Source of the DNA: Felis catus
Lineage: Eukaryota
Reading direction: 5' to 3'
Length of the DNA stretch: 64,000 bases
Assembly: GCF_018350175.1 (NCBI RefSeq)
Contig: NC_058368.1
Coordinates: 192,140,001-192,204,000, forward strand
Positions 25,951 to 37,902 of the stretch are shown piece by piece (position 1 is the first letter of the stretch; each line of letters starts with the position of its first letter). The notes below the pieces were generated by a model that saw nothing but the letters and a program-made list of their open reading frames with translations, made no database searches and had not been told where the DNA came from. The position numbers and the translations under genes were made by a program.

Positions 25951-26317
25951 TACGAGACAGATGAAGCTTGTGTGAGGCGTGGGGCACTCCTCCATCCCTA
26001 ACCGCCATCATCTCCTAAATTTGCTAGACTGCTCTGCCTCCGTGCCTCATCACCCTCCACTCCTCAGACTCCTCAAAAGAGGCCCTCTTGTTTTTTCCAT
26101 GGGGGGAAGCTGAAGGCTGGGAGACAGAAGACCACACGACTAATTAGTGGCAATGTGGCACTCCCTGTGCCCTCCCTGTGCCCATTCCTCGGAAGCCTGC
26201 CCTCTAGCTTGGGTGACGGTAGACGGCAACTCTCTTGGGTGGCGATCCTGAATCCTGAGGGAACCCTACTCTACCTTGATGTTTTGGTTCATCTAGCCAG
26301 GTCCCAAAAAGGGGACC

Positions 26318-27078
26318 TATTTTATTTTATTTTATTTTATTTTATTTTATTTTATATGAAATTTATTGTCAAATTGGTTTCCATACAACACCCAGTGCTC
26401 ATCCCAACAGGTGCCCTCCTCAATACCCATCACCCACCCTCCCCTCCCTTCCACCCCCATCAACCCTCTGTTCTCAGTTTTTAAGAGTCTCTTATGTTTT
26501 GGCTCCCTCCCTCTCTAACCTCTTTTTTTTTTCTTCCCCTCCCCCACGGTCTTCTGTTAAGTTTCTCAGGATCCACATAAGAGTGAAAACATAGGGTATC
26601 TGTCTTTCTCTGTATGACTTATTTCACTTAGCATAACACTCTCCAGTTCCATCCACGTTGCTACAAAAGGCCATATTTCATTCTTTCTCATTGCCAAGTA
26701 GTATTCCAGTGTGTATATAAGCCACAATTTCTTTACCCATTCATCAGTTGATGGATATTTAGGCTCTTTCCATAGTTTGGCTATTGTTGAAAGTGCTGCT
26801 ATAAACATTGGGGTACAAGTGCATCAGCACTTCTGTATCCCTTGGGTAAATTCCTAGCAGTGCTATTGCTGGGTCATAGGGTGAATCTATTTTTAATTTT
26901 TTGAGGAACCTCCACACTGTTTTCCAGAGCGGCTGCAGCAGTTTGCGTTCCCACCAACAGTGCAAGAGGGTTCCCGTTTCTCCACATCCTCACCAGCATC
27001 TATAGTCTCCTGATTTGTTCATTTTAGCCACTCTGACTGGCGTGAGATGGTATCTCTGTGTGGTTTTGATTTGTATTT
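26318..27078 (-). mobile_element. Relatively young 5'-truncated felid-type L1 3' end
   Basis: ORFs 26566-26808 and 26759-26965(-) are the ORF2p C-terminus (MFIAALSTIAKLWKEPK); (ATTTT)n tail; TSD aaggggacc. Confidence 0.95.
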
Positions 27079-27090
27079 AAGGGGACCCTT

Positions 27091-27314
27091 TTTTTTTTTT
27101 AATTTTTTTTTCAACGTTTATTTATTTTTGGGACAGAGAGAGACAGAGCATGAACGGGGGAGGGGCAGAGAGAAAGGGAGACACAGAATGGGAAACAGGC
27201 TCCAGGCTCTGAGCCATCAGCCCAGAGCCCGACGTGGGGCTCGAACTCACGGACCGCGAGATCGTGACCTGGCTGAAGTCGGACGCTTAACCGACTGCGC
27301 CACCCAGGCGCCCC
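27091..27314 (-). mobile_element. Young CAN-SINE (SINEC_Fc)
   Basis: Near-identical to the 20898 copy; TSD aaggggaccctttt. Confidence 0.97.
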
Positions 27315-28564
27315 GAAGGGGACCCTTTTTAATCAGGACCTCTAATAGCAGATTGAAATTCTTAAACAGTTAAAGATATAAAAGACTCCAACTGCCTTCC
27401 CTTTACAGATGGGGAAACTGAGGCCCAGAAGGAAAGAAAAGCACTGTATACTAAGCACATCTGATATGCCAAACAGCTCTTAAGATGCTTTCTCAGGTGA
27501 CCACGTTGCCTTTGAGGGCAGAAAGAACATATGACTTGCCCAAGGTCACCTGGCTGCTAAGAACTTACTCAAGTCTCACTCAGGACTGTTTCATTTTCTA
27601 TGTAAATACCAGTCCCCTCTGAAGCTTGCTCCCTACCATTTAGGGAGCCAAAGTATATATACAGTGTGAATTAAGTGTTTTACATGTACTAATTCATTTC
27701 ATACTTTGAAGAACCCTCTTTGGCGGGGATGGGGGGTGGGGGAGGGCAGATTACTATCACCCTTACTTTGGAGATGGAGGAAGGAAAGCAAAGAGGTCAA
27801 GTCTCCTGCCTGAACTCACACAACCAATGAGGCCAAAGGCTGAGATCCAAATACAGGCAGGGTGTCTCAGAGTCCACAGTCCGAACCCCTGCACTTGACT
27901 GCCACCTCCAATGCACAGGCTCTCCTTAAATTTCTGTTAGGTCTGCAAGGTCTTTGCACCTTAGTGGAGCAATGCTCACTATACGAGCATAAAATAAAAT
28001 CTGTCAGGAGGTGCCAGCTACAGGTGTCACAAGCCTTCAAACTGATAGCACAAAGACTTCGAATGGACCTTCAAGAGTTCTTGCTTCCCTCAAAGGGTCA
28101 CTGGCTCTGGCTCCACAGATGTCATTAGCATAATGACAGCCATGCTTGCAGCCTCAGCCCCCATGCCGCCAGTGCCTGTGAGAGTGGCTGCCTCCCACAG
28201 CCTCCCCTAGGCTTCATGCTTGACTGGAGAGCGCAGACAGCCTCCTTCATCTACTGCAAGAAAGTCTTAAAAACCACTCAGCAACCGCCGCCCTCACCCT
28301 GTGGCCAGTTCACCAGAAAGACCCAGGGGTTTCTCCAAGCTGGCCTGACATTCAAAAGGAGTGAAAGCAATAAAATAAAAATCATGGGTGATGAAAGATA
28401 ATACAGCAGAAAAAAATGGGGGTTTTATTCCATTGAAAACATTAATTCATTCATCAAAGATTGTTATTATCACAATCTGTCACCTTCCCAAACTCAAATA
28501 CTTCTAAACAAAGATTCTAGAATTACACCAAATAATCAAATGTTTCTTCTAGATTCTTTAAAAA

Positions 28565-28567
<3 letters not shown>

Positions 28568-28600
<33 letters not shown>
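28568..28600. repeat. (TA)n microsatellite
   Basis: Direct reading. Confidence 0.95.
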
Positions 28601-28603
<3 letters not shown>

Positions 28604-28749
28604 ATTTGCATTTCTCTTCCACAAAACAGAAGAAATTATACATACTTCTACAAACCAGCCACAAATTATATTGTCATCCTTTGAAGATAATGTCAGATAG
28701 AGAAGGAAAAGATAGAAAACACTTTCTATAAACCTTGATATTAAGACTC

Positions 28750-28990
28750 ACGCTCATGGAGTAGTGCTAAGTTTATGAGCTTGGGAATTGGGCTGCCTGG
28801 GTTTTATTCTTGTCCTAACATTTAGAAACTGTATGACCTTGGGCAAGTGACCTGCCTTGGCCAGCTTTATTCTCTTCCTCTGTAAAGTGGGAATGACATT
28901 AATAAGCATATCAATGTCATGGGATTGTTATCGGAATTAAATGAGATTATCTATGTAAAGCTTTTTAATAAATGCTGGTAGTTATCAGCA
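28750..28990 (+). mobile_element. MIR
   Basis: ctgcctgggtt...tgaccttgggcaagtgac...ctgtaaagtgggaat...attaaatgagattatctatgtaaagc. Confidence 0.8.
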
Positions 28991-29019
28991 TGTGGTTAGT
29001 TTTTGTCCACAAATATGAT

Positions 29020-29354
29020 GTTTGTTAAATTGATGAGAATTCTACTGGAAGAGACAGAAACCAGCTGAAATTAGTTTAAATGAAAAAAGAAAGGGAAGGT
29101 ATTCGGTGACACATCTGGAGGTACACAAGTGGTACTGGCCCCAGGCTAGTCAGGATCCAGAGCTGAAACAACATTAGAGTCGCTCTCGTTGGGGCACCTG
29201 GGTGGCTCAGTCAGTTGGGCATCCGACTTCAGCTCGGGTCATGATCTCACAGTTCGTGGGTTCGAGCCCCACGTCGCGCTCTGTGCTGACAGCTCCAAGC
29301 CTGGAGCCTGCTTCAGATTCTGTGTCTCCCTCTCTCTCTCTGCCCCTCCCCCAC

Positions 29355-29405
<51 letters not shown>

Positions 29406-29720
29406 AATAAATAAACATTAAAAGAATCGCTCTCTGTTCAACATTCTGGATTTCATCTCAGCCTTGGTCTACGAGTTGGCCTCACTGCCTCAGGCTCCTC
29501 AGGGATCAATTCCTACAGCTTATGACACAGGGGACAGGATAGAGCTACCACTTCCACCATCAACTCAAAAAACTCCAGGGAGGTCCTATGCCTTTCCAGA
29601 GGCTAGGGAAGTGGAGGCTACAATTGTCTACCCCATTAGAAACATCTGGGGCAGGACAGAAGTGTTCCAAAGGAAGAAGGCTGCACTGCACTGGACAGAG
29701 CTAGAACAGTATCTGCTCAT
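29020..29720 (-). mobile_element. Old MLT1 (J/K-like) LTR interrupted by a SINE
   Basis: gacagaaaccagctgaaattagtttaa...ggatccagagctgaaacaac. Confidence 0.55.
29191..29422 (+). mobile_element. CAN-SINE
   Basis: SINEC_Fc text with long (CT)n; TSD aga(g/a)tcgctctc. Confidence 0.95.
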
Positions 29721-29766
29721 TCTACCTATTATCGTAAACCAGCTTGTTACGAACAAAGTCCCTTTA

Positions 29767-29990
29767 TTTACTTTTCTTTTTATAAATTTTTTTTATGTTT
29801 ATTTTTGAGAGAGAAAGACAGAGTGTGAGCAGGGGAGGGGCAGAGAGAGAGGAAAACACAGAATCCGAAGCAGGCTCCAGGCTCCGAGCTGTCAGCACAG
29901 AGCCCGACGCGGGGCTTGAACCCATGAACTGTGAGATCATGACCCGAGCCGAAGTCAGACACTTAACCAACTGAGTCACCCAGGCACCCC
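29767..29990 (-). mobile_element. CAN-SINE
   Basis: 16-bp TSD gaacaaagtcccttta at 29751-29766 and 29992-30007. Confidence 0.96.
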
Positions 29991-30218
29991 TGAACAAAGT
30001 CCCTTTAAAGAGTATACACTACCTCTGCAGATCTATAATATTCAACAGGTACACATTATTCGACAAACAATAGAGATGAACCATAAATTGTATAGATTTT
30101 GCAAACAGAGATTAAGATTATCTTTCTTCTATCCTCCACAGTGCCCAGCATAGAACAGGCCCTCTAAGGAGTGTTTGTGAAGTGACTAATAACTTAGCTC
30201 TGGAATCAAATTATGTAC

Positions 30219-30636
30219 TGTATTAGCTGGAATGAACGAGATTATGCTTCAGTTAAAAAATAACCTCCCAAATCTTAGTGATTCAGCATAAGGTTGTTTC
30301 TCACTCATACAAAGCCCACTGCAACTGTCCTAAGAAGATGCTCTGAGACCCAGGTCGATAGAGGCCCTACCATCCTGTGGTGTCACACAGGGTCTCCTCA
30401 ATCAACATGGAAAAGAGAGAGCTCTGGGTGGAGGGGGAGCTCTGAGGGGAGGAGGGGGTCTCCTACTGGCAATTAAGTCCTTTGCTCCAGTAGTGACCCA
30501 TATCATTCTGCTCATAGCCCCCTGGCTAGACCACATCACCAACGCCACCTACTACAAAAATTGGAGAATGTTATCTTCCACAGGTTTGGAAGGAGAAGAG
30601 AATCATATATGTGTGACCTCTAGCCATCTCTACCAA
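30219..30636 (-). mobile_element. Old MLT1 (I/J/L-like) LTR
   Basis: tgtattag...attatgcttcagttaaaaaataacctcccaaatcttagtg...tctctacca. Confidence 0.6.
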
Positions 30637-30700
30637 ATTCAATTAAAATAAAAATATATTCTATGAAAATTATACCCCCAATTTTAAAAATTAAGATCTA

Positions 30701-30900
30701 GGGGCACCTGAGTGGCTCAGTCGGTTAAGCCTCCGACTCTTGGTTTCAGCTCAGGTCATGATCTCACAGTTTCGTGACTTCAAGCCCCATGTTGGGCTCT
30801 GTGCTGACAGAGTGGAGCCTGCTTGAGATTCTCTCTCTCCTCCTCTCTCTCTGCCTCTCCCCCACTCATGCTGTCTCTGTCTCTCTCAAAATAAATAAAC
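30701..30900 (+). mobile_element. CAN-SINE (first of tandem pair)
   Basis: ggggcacctgagtggctcagtcggttaag...aaaataaataaac. Confidence 0.93.
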
Positions 30901-30978
30901 AGGAGGAGGGGAGAGGGAGGAGAAAGAAGAGAAGAAGAACATCACCACCATCATCATCATCATCTTCTTCATCATCTA

Positions 30979-31138
30979 GGGGCGCCTGGGTGGCTCAGTC
31001 AGTTAAGCATCCAATTCTTGATTTTGGCTCTGGTCATGATTTCACAGTGTGTGAGTTTGAGTCCTGCATCGGTCTCTGTGCTGACAGCACTCAACTTGCT
31101 TGGGATTGTCTCTCTCCCTCTCTCTCTCCCCCTCCCCT

Positions 31139-31173
<35 letters not shown>

Positions 31174-31197
31174 ATAAATAAATAAACATTTTTTTAA
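30979..31197 (+). mobile_element. CAN-SINE (second of tandem pair)
   Basis: ggggcgcctgggtggctcagtcagttaag...(CT)n...aaataaataaataaac. Confidence 0.93.
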
Positions 31198-31409
31198 AAG
31201 ATCTATAGAAAAGAAAGTAGCCTATTACCTATTAACAGGGCTTTTCTACTACCCCATCACTAAACACCACCCTCACATTTCTGACTAAACCCATATTGCA
31301 ACCCAGCAGAGACTAATTCCATTTGAAAGTTCAAAGTTTATTTATTTTGCACGCTCCACTATTAGACAGAAATGACCTTCAAAATCCAATTGAGCATACA
31401 ATCTTACTA

Positions 31410-31930
31410 GAGGCAACTGACAGTTCTTTGCAAAATCCTTTAAAAAAAAAAATATGCCCACTCTTTGACCCTGTAATTCTACTTCTGTGATTTAACCTGA
31501 GGAAATAAGCATGGATATGCACACAGATTTAGCTACAAAGATGTTCCTTGCAGCCCATTTTTAACAGGAAAAAGTGAAAATTAGCCTAAATGCCAGCAAT
31601 AGCGTGTTAGTCAAATAAAGTGCGGCCTCACATCAGAATAATATGCATCCATTAATAATCACACCATGAAGGTGTATTTATTAATATGGAAAGAAGTTTG
31701 TGGTACATTAAGTGAGGGAAAAAAGCGGGTTATAAAATGGTACATACACCACATATGCCTGGGAAAGACTCTAGAAGAAAATATATCAAGGAATTAATTA
31801 ACGGTGGCTCCTCTGTGGGTGGGATTATGGATGTTTTTATTTTCTCTTTTCTGCCAGACTATCATTTTCTGCTATTAGGAGTACTGCTGTTGAAATAAGA
31901 AAAACAAGGTAGTTTAAATTATAAATAAAT
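31410..31930 (+). mobile_element. L1ME-type 3' end
   Basis: ctttgaccctgtaattctacttctg...caaagatgttccttgcagc...aaaagcgggttataaaatgg. Confidence 0.7.
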
Positions 31931-32254
31931 AATATGCTTGGGCCTATCATCCACCCACTGCACATAATGGGGCTTTTATCTTAGAAACTAACTGCAGGCG
32001 ATAAGGTTCTTTTTAGTCTTTACTGCTATAGTCCCTACCAATGATAATAACAGCAAGAGAATTGGGGAGAGACATCACTTCCCAGTTTATAAGCCCTTTC
32101 ATATACACAAGCCTCCCCACAAGCGTGAAGGAAGGTAGTATAGGCCTTGCTACCCCCACTTGACAATCAAGACTCAAAGCCAATAAGGGACTTGCCCAAG
32201 AGATTATACAAGAATCCAGGATTCTTCCAGCCACTGCCCCGCGCGACTCCAGGG

Positions 32255-32362
32255 AACGTTGCTGGATTCTAGGGGTGCCGTTCAATAGGACATAATGTAA
32301 AAAGTGGCCCCTGGAGGTGTGCAGTGCCCAGTCCTGCTCAAAACCTTACTGGATAGCCACGG
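32255..32362. mobile_element. MER91-like palindromic hAT-Tip100 MITE fragment
   Basis: ctaggggtgccgttca...aatgtaaaaagtggcccctggaggtgtgcagtgc. Confidence 0.6.
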
Positions 32363-32479
32363 CTCCTCCTACACGAATTAGCCAGCCTATGTCAGGAGTG
32401 GATCACAGGTAAAATAAGCAGATTTGTATTCAACAGATATTTATTTAGAGGTTAACGTTGTTGAGGCACCTGAAGCTGA

Positions 32480-32700
32480 TCAGCTTGGCCTTTCTCCTTT
32501 AGGCAATAAAGAGATATGTGAAGGTCCTAAGCAGTAGAATGATGTGATCAGAGCTATATTTTAGAAAGAAAATTCTGGTAGAAATAAGAATCAGTGGAGG
32601 TGAGCAAGACCAGAGGAAGCAGGGAGATCAATGAGTTAACAGGCAATTACAATCAGCTGGATGGGAAAAATAAATGCTTAAACTAAGGCAGAGCCATATG
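32480..32700 (-). mobile_element. L2 fragment (continues at 36675)
   Basis: taagcagtagaatgatgtgatcagagctatattttagaaag. Confidence 0.65.
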
Positions 32701-34167
32701 CTATCTTAGTGATTTACATAATGGCCCCATTCAATTTCAAAGCCTGTGAGGTCGGTACTGTTTTTATCCCCATTTCTGAGGTTAGGGTTCAGAAGAGTCA
32801 GGTCACCTGCCCAAGGTCACACAGCAACCGTGTGGCAACGATTTCAACTTCAACCCATGAAACTTCAAATCTCATCACTGAGCCATCATGCTAAAAATGA
32901 ATAAAAGAAGGTAGCTGGCTAATCAGCTTAATATAGACTGCTTTATGAATAGGATATTATATGTAAGTCTAATAGTAACCACAAATCAGAAACCTGTAAT
33001 AGATATGCACAAAAATAAAGATAAAGGAATTCAAGCATATCGCTAATGAAAGCCGTCAAACTGTAAGAGAGCAGAACAAGAGAGAAACAGAAAAGAATTA
33101 CAAAAACAACCATAAAACCAGTAACAAAATGGCAATAAGTACATACCTATCCATAATTACTTTGAATGTTAATAGACTAAACACTCCAATCCAAAGGCAT
33201 AGGGTGACAGAATGGATAAAAAAGCAAGACCCATCTATCTGTTACCTACAGGAAACCCATTTCAGACCTAAAGACACAGGCAGATTGAAAGTGAAGGGAT
33301 GGAAAAACACTTATCTTACAAATGGAAGTGAAAAGAAAGCCAAGGTAGCAATACTTATAATGAACAAAATAGGTTTTAAAGTACAGACTGAGACAAAGAA
33401 AGACACTACATACTCACAAAGAGAACAATCCAACAAAAAGATATAACAATTGTAAATATGTATGCACCCAACTATGGAAGCACCCAAATATATAAAGCGA
33501 CTATTCACAAACATAAAGGAAGAAATCAACAGTAATACAATAATAGTAGGGGACTTTAACACCCCACTTCTATCAGTGGATAGAGCATCCAGACAGAAAA
33601 TCAACAAGGAAATAGCAGCTTTGAATGACATATTGGACTAGATAGATCTAACCGATGTACTCAGAGCATTCCATCCAAAACCAGCAGAAAACATATTCTT
33701 TTCAAGTGCATGTGGAACATTCTCCAAACTAGATCACATGATAGGCCACAAAACAAGTCTCAAAAATTTCAAAAAACACGGAAATTATATCATGCATCTT
33801 TTCCAACCACAACACTATAAAACTAGAAATCAACCATAAGAAAAAGTCTGGAAAGAGCACAAATACATGGAGGTTAAATAACATGCTACTAAACAATGAA
33901 TGGGTCAACCAAGAAATCAAAGAGGAAATCCAAAAATACACAGAGACAAATGAAAATGAAAACACAACAGTCCAAAATCTTTGGGATACAGCAACAGCTG
34001 TTCTATGAGGGAAGTTTATAGCAATACAGGTCTATATCAAGAAGCAAGAAAAATCTCAAACCTAAACTTACCCCTAACGGAGCTAGAAAAAGAAAAACAA
34101 ACAAAACTCAAAACAGAAGGAAGGAAATAAGAAAGATTAGAGCAGAAATCAATAAAATAGATTAAAA

Positions 34168-34208
34168 TACATACATACATACATACATACATACATACAT
34201 ACATACAT
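34168..34208. repeat. (TACA)n microsatellite inside L1 ORF2
   Basis: Direct reading. Confidence 0.95.
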
Positions 34209-36303
34209 CAATGAAACCAGGAGCTGGCTCTTTTAAAAGATGAGCAAAATTGAGAAATCTTTAGCTAGACTCATAAAAAAGAAGGGGGGGGGGCGGGGAA
34301 CTCAAGTAAATAAAATTCAGAAATGAAAGAGGAGAAATAACAGTATCTCTGACACCCCAGAGATACAAATGATTATAAGAAAGTATTACAAAAAATTATA
34401 TGCCAACAAATTGGACAACCTAGAAGAAATGGGTAAATTCCTAGAAACATACAACCTCCTAAAACTGAATCAGGAAGAAATAGAAAATTTGAACAGAACA
34501 ATTACCAGCAATGAAATTGAATCAGTAATCAAAAAACTCCCAACCAACAAAAGTCCAGGACCAGATGGCTTAACAGGTGAATTCTAGCAAACATTTAAAG
34601 AAGAGTCAAACCTGTTCTCAAACTATTCCAAAATGTAGAAGAGGAAGGAAAGTTTCTCAATTCTTTCTATGAAGCCTGCATTACCCTGGTACCAAAACCA
34701 GATAAAGAAACTACAAAAAAGAAAACTACCAGCCAATAATTCTGATAAGGACAGATGCAAAAATCCTCAACAAAATATTAGCAAACCAAATCCAACAATA
34801 CATTAAAAAATCATTCACCAAGATCAAATGGGATTTATTCCTGGGACGCAAGGGTGGTTCAATATTCACAAATCAATCAATATGATACATCAAAAGGATA
34901 AAAATCATATAATCATTTCAATAAATCCAGAAAAAGCATCTGACAAAATATAACATCCATTCATGATAAAAATTCTCAACAAAGTAGGTTTAGAAGAAAC
35001 ATACCTCAACATAATAAAGGCCATATATGAAATACCCACAGTTAACACTACTCAATGGTGAAAAACTGAGAGCTTTTCCTCTAAGATTGGGAAGAAGACA
35101 AGGATGTCTACTCTCATCACTTTTATTCAACATTGTACTGGAAGTCCTAGCCACAGCAATCAGACAACAAAAAGAAACAAAAGGCATCCAAAGCAGTCAG
35201 GAAGAAGTAAAACATTAACTGTTTGCAGATGACATGATACTATATACAGAAAACCCTAAAGACTCCATCAAAAAATTACTCGAACTGATGAATGAATTCA
35301 ATAAAGTCACAGGGTACAAAATCATTATACAGAAATCTGTTGCATTTCTATACACTAATAGTGAAGTAACAGAAAGAAAAATTAAGAAAACAGTCTCATT
35401 TACAATTGCACCATAAAGACTAAAATACCTAGGGATAAACGTAACTAAGGAGGTGAAAGACCTGTACTCTGAAAACTATAAAACACTGATGAAAGAAATT
35501 AAAGATAACACAAACAAATCGAAAGATATTCCATACTTATGGGTTGGAAGAACAAATATTACTAAAATTCCTATACAACCCAAAGCAGTCTACAGATTTA
35601 ATGCAATCTCTATCAAAATACCAACAGCATGTTTTCACAGAATTAGAACACTTAATATTGTATGGAACCACAAAAAACCTTGAATAGCCAAAGCAATCTT
35701 GAAAAAGAAAAGAAAAGCTAAAAGTATCACAATCACAGATCTCAAGATACACAACAAAGCTATAGTAATCAAAACGGTATGGTACTGGCACAAAAATAGA
35801 CAAACGGATTAATAGAACAAAAATAGAGCCCAGCAATAAATCCACAATGTATTTACAAGTCCATAACATAGGAGGCAAGAATATGCAATGGGAAAAAGAC
35901 AATCTCTTCAACAAATGGTGCTCAGAAAACTGGACAGCTACATGCAAAAGAATGTAAAACTGAACCACTTTCTTATACCATGCACAAAAATTAACTCAAA
36001 ATGGATTAAAGACCTAAATGTGAGGCCTGAAACCATAAAATTCCTAGAAGGGAGCTCAGGGAGTAATTTTGATGTCAGTTGTAGAAATATTTTTCTAGCT
36101 ATGTCTCCTTTGGCAAGAGAAACAAAAGGAAAATTAAACTACTGGGCCTACATCAATAAAAATAAAAAAGAATAAAAAGCTTCTAGAGAGCAGAAGAAAC
36201 CATCAACAAAATGGCAACCCACCGAATAGGAGAAAGTATTTGCAAATGATATATCCAATAAGGGTTAATATCCAAAATATATGAAGAACTTACACAACTC
36301 AAC

Positions 36304-36312
<9 letters not shown>

Positions 36313-36352
<40 letters not shown>
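36313..36352. repeat. (CA)n microsatellite
   Basis: Direct reading. Confidence 0.95.
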
Positions 36353-36361
<9 letters not shown>

Positions 36362-36445
36362 CAAATAATCCAATTAAAAATGGGCAGAAAAAAAAATGGG
36401 CACAAGACATAAACAGACATTTTTCCAAAGAAGACATAGAGATAA

Positions 36446-36660
36446 GGGCACCTGGGTGCCTCAGTCGGTTAAGCGTCCACCTTTGGCTCAGGTCATGATC
36501 TCACAGCTCATGAGTTCGAGCCCCGCATCGGTCTCTGTGCTGACAGCTGCGAGCCTGGAGCCTGCTTCAGATTCTGTGTCTCCCTCTCTCTCTGCCCCTC
36601 CCCTGCTCATGCTCTGTCTCTCAAAAATAAATAAATGTTAAGACAAAAAAATTTAAATAA
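36446..36660 (+). mobile_element. CAN-SINE abutting the truncated L1
   Basis: SINEC_Fc text; no TSD of its own visible. Confidence 0.95.
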
Positions 36661-36674
36661 AAGGTGATGGCTAA

Positions 36675-36920
36675 ATGGATGATGAGGACGACAACAGAGG
36701 GAGAGCATGAGTTCACTTCCGGAAATGTGGAATGCCATGGGATATCCAGACGGACGAATCCAGTAAACATGGAAAAGGGCTGGGGTAAAGATGAGTCTAT
36801 GGAAGCCATCCGTGAGCCGGTGAAAGCTGATGCCCTGAGAACAAACAAACTTAAGGAGAGAATGCTTGGAGCAGCAGCCCTGAAATCCATGAACCCTGGG
36901 GAGCCTCAACATTTAAAAGC
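36675..36920 (-). mobile_element. L2 fragment
   Basis: atgagttcac...gggatatccag...ccctggggagcctcaacattta. Confidence 0.6.
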
Positions 36921-37009
36921 TAGAAGGCTCTTTAAAAAAATAAATAAATACATATGCACACATACACACACACATAAATTTAGTGGTGCCAAGTGTTACA
37001 TATCAAATA

Positions 37010-37240
37010 ATAGAGGCTAATATTTCCAAGCACTTATTAAGTGCTACGTACTATTCTAAAAGCTTTGGGGACACTAGTTCACAGAATCCTTACAAAGTTC
37101 CCATGAGGTAGACATTATCCCCACTTGCCAAATAAGAAAACTAGCCCGTCCCCTTCCCATGGCTCGTAAGAGGCAGTGTAGGGATACAAAGCCAGGCAGT
37201 CTAACTTCACAGCTGGCACTTACGACCACCAGACTGTACT
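37010..37240 (-). mobile_element. MIR
   Basis: aagcacttatt...atgaggtagacattatccccactt. Confidence 0.7.
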
Positions 37241-37439
37241 GTCTTCCTCCGTAATGTCTGACATTTTTTTGAGCACTCAATATATGTCAGGCACTGCTCT
37301 GCATTCTGACTTCATCCTCACAAGAACCTTCTTAGAGAGAGTACCTTTATTACCCCTGTTGCAGAGATGGGACAACTAGATCACAGCACAGTTGCCCAGG
37401 ATCACAGGCTGATAGAACCATAAAGCGAAAGTAGACCCA

Positions 37440-37659
37440 GGGGATGCATGGGTGCCTCAGTTGGTTAAGCAGCCAACTTTGGCTCAGGTCATGATCTCCC
37501 GATGCATGAGTTTGAGCCCTGCATCGGGCTCTGTGCTGACAGCTCAGAGCCTGGAGCCTCCTTCGAATTCTGTAATCTCCCTCTCTCTCTGACCCTCCCC
37601 TGCTCATGCTGTCTCTGTCTCTCAAAAATGAACAAACATTAAAAAAAAATTTTTTTAAA
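37440..37659 (+). mobile_element. CAN-SINE
   Basis: TSD gaaagtagac(c/g)ca. Confidence 0.95.
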
Positions 37660-37688
37660 GAAAGTAGACGCATTCCTGAGGAAATTAA

Positions 37689-37902
37689 TTTTTTTAACAT
37701 TTATTCATTTTTGAGAGACAGACACGGAGTGTGAGCAGGGGTGAGGCAGAGAGACAGACAGACAGACAAACAGAATCCAAAACAGGCTCCAGGCTCTGCA
37801 CTGTCAGCACAGAGCCCAACATGGGGCTCAAACCCACAAACCATGAGATCATGACCTGAGCTGAAGTGGGATGCTCAACCGACTGAGCCACCCAGGCACC
37901 CC
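37689..37902 (-). mobile_element. CAN-SINE
   Basis: 18-bp TSD cattcctgaggaaattaa at 37671-37688 and 37905-37922. Confidence 0.96.

Larger units (their letters stand above)
32922..36445 (+). mobile_element. Carnivore L1: inter-ORF plus decayed ORF2 (endonuclease and RT regions); 3' end missing
   Basis: ORF2 start at 33129 (MAISTYLSIITLNVNRLNTPIQRHRVTEWIKKQDPSICYLQETHF); KSPGPDG; RQGCLLS; tttgcagatgacatg (FADDM) near 35222; many stops and frameshifts. Confidence 0.96.

Noticed and set aside
26309..27330. Short direct repeats with intervening sequence as a CRISPR-like array
   Set aside because: They are target-site duplications around retroelements in a mammalian genome
33129..36175. Cluster of endonuclease/RT-like ORFs as a functional gene or novel RT system
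   Set aside because: Ordinary L1 ORF2 broken by many stops, frameshifts and a microsatellite
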